From Acetofilamentum sp. (GTDB lineage: Bacteria > Bacteroidota > Bacteroidia > Bacteroidales > DYOH01), in assembly GCA_020720625.1 (NCBI GenBank), contig DYOH01000011.1, forward strand, positions 1,421-65,420: 64,000 bases of DNA, given 5' to 3'. The notes under the pieces were generated by a model, which was not told the origin of the DNA, did not search any database, and worked only from the letters and a program-made list of their open reading frames with translations. A program made the translations under genes and the position numbers. Positions 28,845 to 39,200 of this stretch are shown here, in pieces; positions within the stretch are counted from its first letter, which is position 1; every line of letters starts with the position of its first letter.

Positions 28845-28852
28845 CAAAAGTA
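28845..28852 (-). promoter_or_regulatory. Bacteroidetes -7 promoter motif TACTTTTG for the mevalonate operon
   Basis: caaaagta on the plus strand is an exact TAnnTTTG on the minus strand, 16 nt upstream of the fni ATG (28828). Confidence 0.5.
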
Positions 28853-28931
28853 TTAATTTAAGTGAGACTTATTCTTATTTAGATTTAATTTAAGAAAAGT
28901 TTAATAGTTTTGTAGTAAAACTTAATTAAAA

Positions 28932-29687
28932 TTACGATTTTGTATTAATTTCAAATATTTTGTATTTTTTTAAACCTCTTTTCTGCAAAAAATATTTGAG
29001 AGATGTAGCTAAAACACCAAAACCATATTTCATGCTTCTTCCGAAATTTATGGAACTTGCCTCGTCGAAATATTTTGTAGGGCATGTAATTTCGGCAATT
29101 TCGAAACCGGCATAAAAAATTTGTGCAATCATTTGGTTATCGAAAACAAAATCGTCGCTGTTGTTATTGTAACTAATTTTTTGAAGTACTTCGCTCGAAA
29201 ATGCTCTATAGCCAGTATGGTACTCCGAAAGTTTTTGGCCAATAAGCACATTTTGGGTAAATGTGAGTAGTCTGTTTGCAATATATTTGTAAACTGGCAT
29301 TCCGCCCTTTAAAGCCCCTTTTCCTAAAATACGCGAGCCTAATACAACCGGATATACATTATTGGCAATAAGGAATATCATCGATTGCAGCAGTTTAGGC
29401 GTATACTGATAATCGGGGTGGAGCATTACCACTATATCAGCATTTAATTCAAGTGCTTTGTTGTAGCAGGATTTTTGATTACCTCCATAGCCTTTATTTT
29501 GCTCGTGAGCAATAATATGCGTAATGCCCAACTTTTTTGCTACCTGAATGGTTTCGTCAGAACTTTTGTCGTCTGTAAGTATAACCTCGTCAACAATATC
29601 CATCGGAATTTCATTGTAGGTAATTTCTAGTGTTTTAGCTGCATTGTAAGCGGGCAGAACTACAGCTATTTTTTTATTATTTATCAT
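28932..29687 (-). CDS. family 2 glycosyltransferase (polyprenol-phosphate glycosyltransferase-like)
   Basis: IAVVLPAYNAAKTL and TDDKSSDET (DxD-type) motifs, 251 aa. Confidence 0.8.
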   Translation of the reverse strand: MINNKKIAVVLPAYNAAKTLEITYNEIPMDIVDEVILTDDKSSDETIQVAKKLGITHIIAHEQNKGYGGNQKSCYNKALELNADIVVMLHPDYQYTPKLLQSMIFLIANNVYPVVLGSRILGKGALKGGMPVYKYIANRLLTFTQNVLIGQKLSEYHTGYRAFSSEVLQKISYNNNSDDFVFDNQMIAQIFYAGFEIAEITCPTKYFDEASSINFGRSMKYGFGVLATSLKYFLQKRGLKKYKIFEINTKS

Positions 29688-29770
29688 GCGGTATAAAATT
29701 TAATGCAAAAAAAGCAATTTTTTGTCAAACAATAGCAAAAAATTTGATTTTCAATTGCTGAAGGAAGCGT

Positions 29771-29811
29771 AAAAAAAAATACCTGTTTTTTTGTTTCCTA
29801 AAAACAGGTAT
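29771..29811 (-). terminator. intrinsic terminator of the TonB-dependent receptor-like gene
   Basis: Perfect 12-bp stem atacctgttttt(29779-29790)/aaaaacaggtat(29800-29811). On the minus strand it is followed by T9 (A run 29771-29779). Confidence 0.75.
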
Positions 29812-29840
29812 TTCGAAATTGTCATGATTCGTTTTTTCGA

Positions 29841-32309
29841 TTACATCTCGTCACCAAAATCCGATTCCTGATTTTCGCCACCATTCTCACGTTGTTTTTT
29901 TGAGTTATAGTTATTTATTTTGTAACTAACACTAAATTCAAAAACTCTGGCTTCCCTGCTAAATTCGGTTTCGTTAAAGAAAGTTTCCGATAGGCTTGTA
30001 AATTTATGTTTCATCGTACCAAAGGGGTCTCTTAAAGATAGGGTTAAATTTAGCTTATCATTAAATAAGCTTTGTCGGGCGGCAATGTTGGCAAAAATAA
30101 AAGCTTCGCGTGTACCTTGTGCTGTAACCGATGCTCCGCTGTAGAATCCATTTACCTGAAAACGGGTATTCGATTTTAGTTTAAGCGTTGCGTTGAATCT
30201 GGCGTCAAAATTTATGCTATTATTCGAAACGTCCTGATCCGAAATGCTACCTTCGAAACTATAATAATAGAGATTGCCGCTTAGCATAAAATTTATAGCT
30301 TTGGAAGCCACAACATTGGCCATAATTTCGGACCCAATTGCATGGTCTTTGTTTAGATTATCCCAAGTTGATAACAATCTTCCGTCGGGCAGCACCGTTT
30401 GAATTCGGGTCATTAAATTACTTCCCTGGCGATAGTATGTTTCAAGAGAGAGGCTGGAGTTACCAAAACGTTTAATAAAATTCAATTCATAGGAGTTGGT
30501 GTAGGCCGGTTCTAACATCGGATTTCCCTGATTTACGCTAAATTCGTCGGCAAAATTTGGGTATGGGTTTAAAAATCTTCCGTTCGGACGGTCAATTCTT
30601 TTACTATATCCGGCCTGTGCTTCAAAACTTTCGGTAATTTTTCTGTTGATATGTAAACTAGGAAAAATGTCGAATTTTTCCAATGGAAAACTCTCCCGGG
30701 TGGTAATCTGGTAAAAATTACGGTCTGCGTATTCCCCTCTCAAGCCAAACTGAATACCAAATCCTGCAAATTGGTCAGAATAAGTGGCATACACAGCATG
30801 TATATTGTTTTTATACTCCATATCGTTGGAGTAAGTTTCGTTTGTAGTCCACTGGTTTAAATCCGCATCGTAATTCTGATATAAATATTCAGAGTAAGAA
30901 TTGTCTAGTCTGGCCTGATATCCTGCTTCTAATTTGCGCGTTTCGGTAAACGGAATTACATAATCAATTTTGGCGCGCCATTCATTTTCGCTGGCATTTT
31001 CGTCAGTTTTTAGACTGTAAAGAGAATTAGGTATTCTGGCTCCGTAAACATCCATGTCGTACTGTTCGGTAAGCTCGGTTTCATCGCTAATGTCGTTGTG
31101 ATAGTTTATTTGTGCTTGTAAATTATGCCCTGGTTTTGCAAAGTTAATCTGATAATTTAGGTTTACAGAATAATGAGGCCCGCCACGGTCAAAATTACTG
31201 AGAGAATTGTAATAAGATTTATTCGGATCCAAGCTGGTATAATAGGTATAGTTAGAATTAGCGTATCGGCCAAAATCAAAAGTACCGTACTCAGCACTAA
31301 GTGAAAGAGTTTGATTATTCGTAATATTTAAATCAAAACCGGATTTAAATCCATTTCCACCTCTAAACATATTTCTTTCACCGTCGGAATTAAGATAATT
31401 GGTTTGCCCGGTAAGGTAGGTTTCACGAAGACTGCTGCCGCCTCCTAAAAACTCATAATCTCTCCAGTTGGCTCCAACAAACCAGTTCAAGTTTTTTGAG
31501 CGGAAATTTACTAATGCATCAGCTTTATATTTATGGTTTGTTCCAATACTGGCATTAATAATACCGCTAATTCCACTGGCACGATTTTTTTTCAGAACAA
31601 CATTAATAATGCCCGCCACACCGTCTGGATCGTACTTGGCAGATGGGTTGGTAATTATTTCGATATTTTCGATTTCGGAGGCCGGGATTTGTTGTAAAGC
31701 ATCACTCCCTTGTAAAACAGATGGTTTTCCGTCGATAAACACAGTAAAACTAGAACTTCCGCGTAAGGTAACATTTCCATCAATATCGGTTTGTACAGCC
31801 GGCGATTTTTCCAAAACGTCCACAGCAGTTCCTCCTGCTGCCGTAACATCCTGGCCAACATTAATTACCTTCTTATCGAGCTTGTATTGCACCTGAGTTC
31901 TTTCAGCCACAATATTTACCTCTCCAATTTCTTCCGATACAATGGCAAGATTTATTTCACCCAAGTTAATGGTAGGAGTTTTTGGATTAATTTTTATATC
32001 CTGTTTTACAAGGTGTTCGTATCCAATAAATTTTATATCAAGGAAAAATCTACCCATTGGTAAATCTTTTAGTAAAAAACTTCCCGTAGCATCTGTTATG
32101 GTTCCACCAATCATGCTGCTGTCGCGCATACTGTAAAGTATTACACTTGCAAATTCAACAGGCACATTATTTTCCTGGTCAATAACTTTTCCGGATAATA
32201 CGCCAATTGCCGGCATATTGTTTCCGTTGGCGTTACCGCTTCCTGGTTGAGCATTGGCCATTACTACAAAAGCTAAAACAAAGTATAAGATGGCAAAAAA
32301 ACTTTTCAT
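29841..32309 (-). CDS. TonB-dependent receptor-like outer-membrane beta-barrel protein with CarboxypepD_reg-like N-domain
   Basis: Signal peptide, GKVIDQENNVPVEFASV (carboxypeptidase-regulatory-like fold), a plug-like segment (VDVLEKSPAVQTD..VTLRGSS), then a long beta-barrel region. 822 aa. Confidence 0.8.
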   Translation of the reverse strand: MKSFFAILYFVLAFVVMANAQPGSGNANGNNMPAIGVLSGKVIDQENNVPVEFASVILYSMRDSSMIGGTITDATGSFLLKDLPMGRFFLDIKFIGYEHLVKQDIKINPKTPTINLGEINLAIVSEEIGEVNIVAERTQVQYKLDKKVINVGQDVTAAGGTAVDVLEKSPAVQTDIDGNVTLRGSSSFTVFIDGKPSVLQGSDALQQIPASEIENIEIITNPSAKYDPDGVAGIINVVLKKNRASGISGIINASIGTNHKYKADALVNFRSKNLNWFVGANWRDYEFLGGGSSLRETYLTGQTNYLNSDGERNMFRGGNGFKSGFDLNITNNQTLSLSAEYGTFDFGRYANSNYTYYTSLDPNKSYYNSLSNFDRGGPHYSVNLNYQINFAKPGHNLQAQINYHNDISDETELTEQYDMDVYGARIPNSLYSLKTDENASENEWRAKIDYVIPFTETRKLEAGYQARLDNSYSEYLYQNYDADLNQWTTNETYSNDMEYKNNIHAVYATYSDQFAGFGIQFGLRGEYADRNFYQITTRESFPLEKFDIFPSLHINRKITESFEAQAGYSKRIDRPNGRFLNPYPNFADEFSVNQGNPMLEPAYTNSYELNFIKRFGNSSLSLETYYRQGSNLMTRIQTVLPDGRLLSTWDNLNKDHAIGSEIMANVVASKAINFMLSGNLYYYSFEGSISDQDVSNNSINFDARFNATLKLKSNTRFQVNGFYSGASVTAQGTREAFIFANIAARQSLFNDKLNLTLSLRDPFGTMKHKFTSLSETFFNETEFSREARVFEFSVSYKINNYNSKKQRENGGENQESDFGDEM

Positions 32310-32562
32310 ATAGTATTCTCTTTAATTTTGGAATTTTGACGCCAAGATGAGAAAAAACTTGCGCTCATTTTGTAAATTATTTATAAAAAATCTAAATAAG
32401 CTTATGAATAGCAAATTTAGCCACACCAAGGTATATAATCTGTCGACTAATGATTTTGATAGTTAATTTCTTGGCTTTGTAATTTAAAATGTCTTTTTTT
32501 GTTGGTTTTTTGAAACATTTTTGCATAATTTAAAATCTGCTTCTGTGTTTAAAAATCTTTAT

Positions 32563-32570
32563 TAACTTTG
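32563..32570 (+). promoter_or_regulatory. Bacteroidetes -7 promoter motif TAACTTTG upstream of ruvA
   Basis: Exact TAnnTTTG, 17 nt upstream of the ruvA ATG (32587). Confidence 0.5.
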
Positions 32571-32586
32571 GGCTAAACAAAATAAG

Positions 32587-33168
32587 ATGTTTGACTATAT
32601 TGAAGGTAAAGTAGCTGAATTAACGCCTACTTATGTTGTATTAGATGTTGCCGGAATAGGTTATTTTGTAAATATAAGCTTACAAAGTTATTCCGTTATC
32701 GAAGAAAAAAAAATGCTTAAAATGTATATCCACCACGTTATTAGAGAGGATGTTCATTTGCTGTTTGGATTTAAAGAAAAAAAAGAGCGCGACATGTTTC
32801 GATTGCTTATTTCTGTTTCCGGAGTGGGTGCAAATACAGCCCGTGTGATGCTTTCTACCTTAACTACAGTAGAATTAGAGAAAGCAATTTTAGGCAATCA
32901 GGTAAATATCATAAAAAGTGTGAAAGGCATTGGACTTAAAACAGCCCAAAAAATAATTATCGAATTAAAAGATAAAATGGGTAAACTCACGGAAGAAATG
33001 TCGGTATTAATGGCTTCCGATTCCAAAGTTCGCGAAGAAGCGCTCGAGGCACTTATTATGCTTGGTTTTGCAAAGCCATCAGTAAACAAGGTTCTCGATA
33101 ATTTGTTGAATAAAGAAAGTGGAATGGACGTGGAACATTTGATTAAGAATGCTTTAAAACAATTATAA
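32587..33168 (+). CDS. ruvA: Holliday junction branch migration protein RuvA
   Basis: MFDYIEGKV N-terminus and helix-hairpin-helix motifs (VSGVGANTARVML, VKGIGLKTAQKII). Confidence 0.9.
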   Translation: MFDYIEGKVAELTPTYVVLDVAGIGYFVNISLQSYSVIEEKKMLKMYIHHVIREDVHLLFGFKEKKERDMFRLLISVSGVGANTARVMLSTLTTVELEKAILGNQVNIIKSVKGIGLKTAQKIIIELKDKMGKLTEEMSVLMASDSKVREEALEALIMLGFAKPSVNKVLDNLLNKESGMDVEHLIKNALKQL

Positions 33169-33271
33169 ATTGATGGATTTGTCTCATTTTAAAAAAATGT
33201 GTATGATAAGACTTTTACGCTGAATAATGCCCAATGGCGAAAAAAAAATTGTCTTATACCAATAGCTTCAC

Positions 33272-36200
33272 ATGAAAAATACCGGATTACAAATTATTTT
33301 TGTAGTGATATTGCTTTTTGGCTTTTTCAAAGCCAAATCGAATATTTTGTTTTCTATTGATTATTCTTACGGAATAAACGATTCTCTGCCCGATTATTTT
33401 AAGGTAAGGCCTTTTAGCTTGAAACCTTCGTTAAATAGCGAGCAATACAGATATCCCTATTTTGGCATGCCCAAAAATCTTAAAAGCAGCGTAAAATATA
33501 ATCCCAATACGGGCGAATATGAAGTAAAATATTTGTTGGGCGATTTGGAGATTGGTGAGCCTGCGTATTTGGATTACATGCAATACAAAAGTTTCGAGAT
33601 GACCCGAAACAATCAACTTTATTGGATGAATGCCGCACGAATGGGGCGAAATGGAGTTTCGTTAAATCCCTTAGACAGATTTCTTAATCCGCAGTTAAAT
33701 GTTGGAATTGAAGGTTTCGACCGCATTTTTGGTAGCAACACCATAGATATTCGCCCAAATGGATCGGCAGAGCTCATCTTTGGACTAAACTATTCCAATA
33801 GTGGCGATCCATCCCTTCCCAAAAGGCTTCAGAAGCAAACGCAATTTGACTTTGATATGAAAATTCAATTGGGAGTTACCGGACAAATTGGCGACAAAAT
33901 GAAGGTGGGAATTAATTATAATACTGAAGCTACTTTCGATTTCGAGAATCAGGCCAAATTAGCATATACAGGCTCCGAAGACGAAATTATTCAGAGCATT
34001 GAGGCCGGAAATGTATCCTTTCCTTTGAATAGTTCATTAATTAGTGGGAGTCATAGCTTATTTGGGATTAAATCTGCCCTAAAATTTGGAAATCTTAGCG
34101 TTACATCAGTTATATCAAAGCAGGAAGGTAAATCAAAAGTAATTGATTTAGAAGGTGGAGCTCAACAAAATGAGTTCGAAATTTCGGCTTCGGAATATGA
34201 AGCAAACCGGCATTTTTTTCTGGCTCATTATTTTCGCGAAAACTACGACAGAGCATTAGCAAGTTTGCCAATAATAAATTCTGGAATAAGCATTACCCGT
34301 ATAGAAGTTTGGGTAACCAACAAAACAGGAAATTTCGAAAATTCCAGAAATATTCTGGCACTTTTGGATTTGGGTGAAAATCAATCCAATATTTTCTCTG
34401 CTTTGTTTTCCCAATCTATGGCAGAACCATATCCTCAAGACAGTATCAATACTTTATTGCCCATAATCTTAGGAAATTTTCCACAGGTCAGAAATATCAA
34501 TCAGGCAGCAGCAGCACTCAAATCGTTGGAACCTGCATTTGTTATCGGACGCGATTTCGAAAAAGTAGAAAATGCCCGCAAATTATCGCCCAATGAGTTT
34601 ACATATAATCCCAAGTTGGGATATATATCCCTAAATTTTGCGCTAAATGCCGATGAGGTTTTGGCTGTGGCTTATGAGTATACACTTGCCGGCGAAGTAT
34701 TTAGGGTAGGTGAGTTTTCAAATAGCGGTGTTGATGCGCCTAATACTTTGATGTTGAAATTATTAAAAGGAACAACCCTTACTCCATCCATCCCGAACTG
34801 GAAACTTATGATGAAAAACATTTATTCGATAGGTGCTTTTCAAATTAATCCGGATAATTTTCAGCTACACATTTTATATCAAAATGATAATACAGGAAAT
34901 GCCATTAATTATATTCCCGAAGGTGATATTAACGGACAGGTTTTACTTCAGGTTTTAGGTCTTGATAAATTAAATAGCCAATTAGATCCAGGTTCAGATG
35001 GATATTTTGATTTTATCGATAAAATTACCATTGATGCAGCTAAAGGGAAGATTATTTTTTCGCAACTTGAACCTTTTGGAAGCTATTTAAAATCAAAATT
35101 TTCTCAATCGGATGTTGCAGATAAATACATCTATCAGGAGCTCTACGACTCTACCCAAAGTAAAGCCAAACAAATAGCCGAAAAAAATAAATTTACTTTA
35201 AAGGGAAGATACAAATCCTCTACAGGTTCAGAAATATATCTAAATGCCATGAATATTCCTACCGGATCTGTAAAGGTTTCTGCCGGCGGAATTCAGTTGC
35301 AAGAAGGAACAGACTATGTGGTTGATTACCTCCTTGGACGTGTAACTATTCTTAATCAGGGACTTATGGAATCAGGCACTCCCATGAGAATTTCTCTCGA
35401 AAGTAACGAGCTATATAATTTCGAGACAAAGACATTGCTCGGAACTCATTTAGATTATCAATTTTCCGATAATTTTAATCTAGGTGCAACCATCATGAAT
35501 CTTACCGAAAAACCAATGACCAATAAAGTGGATATCGGCGACGAACCGGTATCAAATACCATTTGGGGGCTTAATGGGGCTTACTCAACAGAGGCACCAT
35601 TTTTAACCAGGTTGGTCGATTTTTTGCCTTTCATAGAAACCAAAGAGATGTCAAATTTTTCTGTAAATGGCGAATTTGCACATTTAATTCCGGGACATTC
35701 CAAGGCGATAGAAAAAAATGGAATTTCGTATATCGACGATTTTGAAGGAACCAAAATAACATCGGATTTAAAAGCACCCAATGCATGGACTATTGCGAGT
35801 ATACCTCAAGGGCAGCCGGATTTATTTCCCGAAGCTTCGTTAATAAACAATTTGGCCAATGGTTATAATCGCGCCAAATTTGCATGGTATATTATCAGCA
35901 GCGATTTATTAAGTTCGAATATTGCCCCCGAACATCTTCAAAAAGATTTAGCGCAGCGCTCTAATCATTTGGTAAGGGAAGTTATTGAACAAGAGATTTT
36001 TCCATACAGAGAGAGTCAAAATAACATTCCTACACCTTTGGCAGTATTAAATTTAGCATATTACCCTCAAGAAAAAGGTCCATATAATTTCGATGTAAAT
36101 CCCATGCCAGGCATTTCATCGGGCATGGGAGCCAATGGGCGGCTATTAAAACCCCAAACACGCTGGGGTGGGATAATGCGTAATATTCAGACCAACGATT

Positions 36201-39200
36201 TTGAAGCCGCCAATATAGAATATATCGAATTTTGGATGATGGATCCATTCGTTTACGATACCCTTGCCGAAGGCGGCGATTTTTATATCAATTTGGGAAA
36301 TATTTCTGAGGATATTCTGAAAGATTCGCGAAAATCGTTCGAAAACGGCTTACCTCCAGGCCAGGATGTTGAAAAAGTAGATACTACAGTTTGGGGGAGA
36401 GTGCCGCAAGGTCAATCTTTGGTAAATGCATTCGATAATAATAATGCATCCCGAGTTTATCAGGATGTAGGTTTAGATGGATTGCGCGATGAAGATGAAC
36501 AATCTTTTTACGAGATCTACCTTCAGCAAATTGCCTCAATTTACGGAACTAATTCAGAAGCCTATCAATCTGCAAGCCCGGATCCATCGGCCGATAATTA
36601 TCACTATTATCTGGGTGCAGATTTCGATCAGCAGCAGTTAAGCATCCTGGAGCGATATAAATTATATAATGGCATGGACGGAAACTCTCCAACCAACGAG
36701 CAATCGCCCGAAGATTATCCTACATCGGGCTCATTAGTTCCTGATATAGAAGACATAAATTTAGATAATACCCTTTCCGAAACCGAAAGCTATTTTCAGT
36801 ACAAAATAAGTTTAAGGCCCGAAGATATGGAGATTGGCCAAAACTTTATTACCGATATGATTGTAAATTACAAGGAGCGGGTCGATGGCAATGTTACAAG
36901 TGTAAAATGGTATCAGTTTAAAGTTCCAATATATAACCCCCAGAAAGTAGTAGGAACAATCGAAGATTTTAAATCTATTAGATTTGTTCGCTTGTTTATG
37001 CGCGGTTGGGACGAACAAGTTGTTTTGCGATTGGCGCAGTTTGATTTGGTTAGAGGCGATTGGCGAAAATACAATTTGACCCTCTCGCAAGGAGGTGAGG
37101 TATTATCGGATGACAACAATTTTTCTGGAGAGTTTGATGTTTCGGCCGTAAATATTGAAGAAAACGGAAATAAAACCCCCGTGAATTACGTTTTGCCTCC
37201 TGGAATCAGACGCGAAAACGATCCTACTAACCCATATTTGCCTTTGCAGAATGAGCAAGCGCTTGTACTAAAGGCAGTTGATTTACCAGATGGCGAAGCC
37301 AAAGCTACTTACAAGAATGTGATGCTGGATGCAAGGCAATATAAAAAATTGCAAATGGATATTCATGCTGAAGCACTTCCCGATAGAATAATAAGCGATT
37401 ACGATTTGGTGGCATTTATTCGGATAGGTTCAGATTTTCAACAGAATTATTATGAGTATGAAGTGCCATTAAAACTAACTCCAACCGGAATATACAATGG
37501 CAACCTTGATGCCGACAGACTAAGCGTTTGGCCAGAAGAGAATAAAATGATAATAAATTTTGAGTTACTTCAGCAAGCTAAACAAGCTCGAAACGAAGAA
37601 GTAAGAAACATCAATTCTACCGTTAGGCTCACTGCGCCCTATGAATATCGCGATGGCAAGAATACCATTCGCATTATGGGAAATCCCAATTTAAGTAATA
37701 TTAAAACCATCATGATTGGAATCAGAAATCCGGAACAAGCAAGCAATACCCTTAAGGACGATGGTTTTAGTAAATCGGTAGAAATTTGGGTGAACGAACT
37801 TAGACTAACTGATTTTATTGAAAATGGGGGGTGGGCTGCAACAGCTCATGCAACCGCCCAATTGGCAGATTTTGCAAATGTGTCGGTTGCCGGAAATACA
37901 AGCACCCGGGGGTTTGGGTCTATTGAGAAAAAAGTAAACGAAAGGTCGAAAGAGGATGTTTATCAGTACGACATTTCTTCAAATCTGGAGTTAGGGAAGT
38001 TCTTTCCCGAGAAGGCATCTGTAAAAATCCCCATGTTCGTTAGTTTTTCCGAAGGGGTGAAAATTCCGCAATTTAATCCCCTGGATCCGGATATTGAATT
38101 GAAGGCTACTTTAGATAATGCTGATAATAAGCAACAGAGAGATTCTATTAAGTATATTACCCAGGATTACACCCGAAGACGAAGCGTTAATTTTACAAAT
38201 GTAAAAATCAATAAACAAAGTCAAAATCCGCATTTTTATGATATTTCAAACTTGTCGACCTCTTATGGATTTAACGAGATTTTACAACGAGATATTAATA
38301 CAGAATACAATTTAACCAAGAATTACACCGGAGCTATTCAGTATAACTTTAATAATCGTCCAAAAACATGGCAGCCTTTTCAGAAAAGCAAAATATTTAA
38401 GGCAAAATCGTTAAGGATAATTAAAGATTTTAATCTTAATTTTGCCCCTACAAGCGTTTCTTTTAGAACTTTAATGAATAGGAATTACAACGAGATGCAA
38501 ACGCGCAATATCGACAACCCCGGAATACTTATAAATCCAAACTTTAAGAAAGATTTTACCTGGGCCCGCGAATATGATGTTAAATACAATATATCCAGAG
38601 GATTACGCTTTGATTTTACGGCCAATAATCTTGCCAGAATCGACGAACCCGATGGGCGAATCAATAAAAATGAAAATGATTACGAGTTAAAGCGAGACTC
38701 TATAATCAATAACATTAAGGATTGGGGAAGGACAACCCAATATTTGCACCGCTTTTCGTTGAACTACACATTGCCCATTAATAAATTGCCCATGCTCGAT
38801 TGGGTTAACGCTACAGCAAAATATACCGGTACCTATAATTGGGATGCAAGCCCAATTTTAAGCGATACTATGCTTTTTGGAAATACCATCAAAAATGGAA
38901 ACGATCAGCAGTTAAATACCAGTTTTAATCTTTTTTCGCTTTACACAAAAGTGCCTTATCTAAAAAAACTTAGTCAGGAAATGACTTCCAAAAGGAGTGG
39001 AAAATTAAAACCCGAAATGATAGAGCTTACTTTTTCTCGTAAAAATTTGGTTTTTAAGGCCGAACAATTTATGATTATTAACCATAAGCTAAATACATTA
39101 GATGTTGCTGTTAAAGCTACAGACGAACAAGGGCGAGTTGTAAAAGGGATTATGGAAGTTGTAGATAAGAATTCACTTCGCTTTAAGCTTCCGCATGATT

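Noticed and set aside
31468-31896. 142-aa plus-strand ORF (and neighbours at 31791 and 31942) opposite the TonB-dependent receptor-like gene
   Set aside because: These are shadow ORFs inside an 822-aa gene that has a signal peptide, plug and barrel features.
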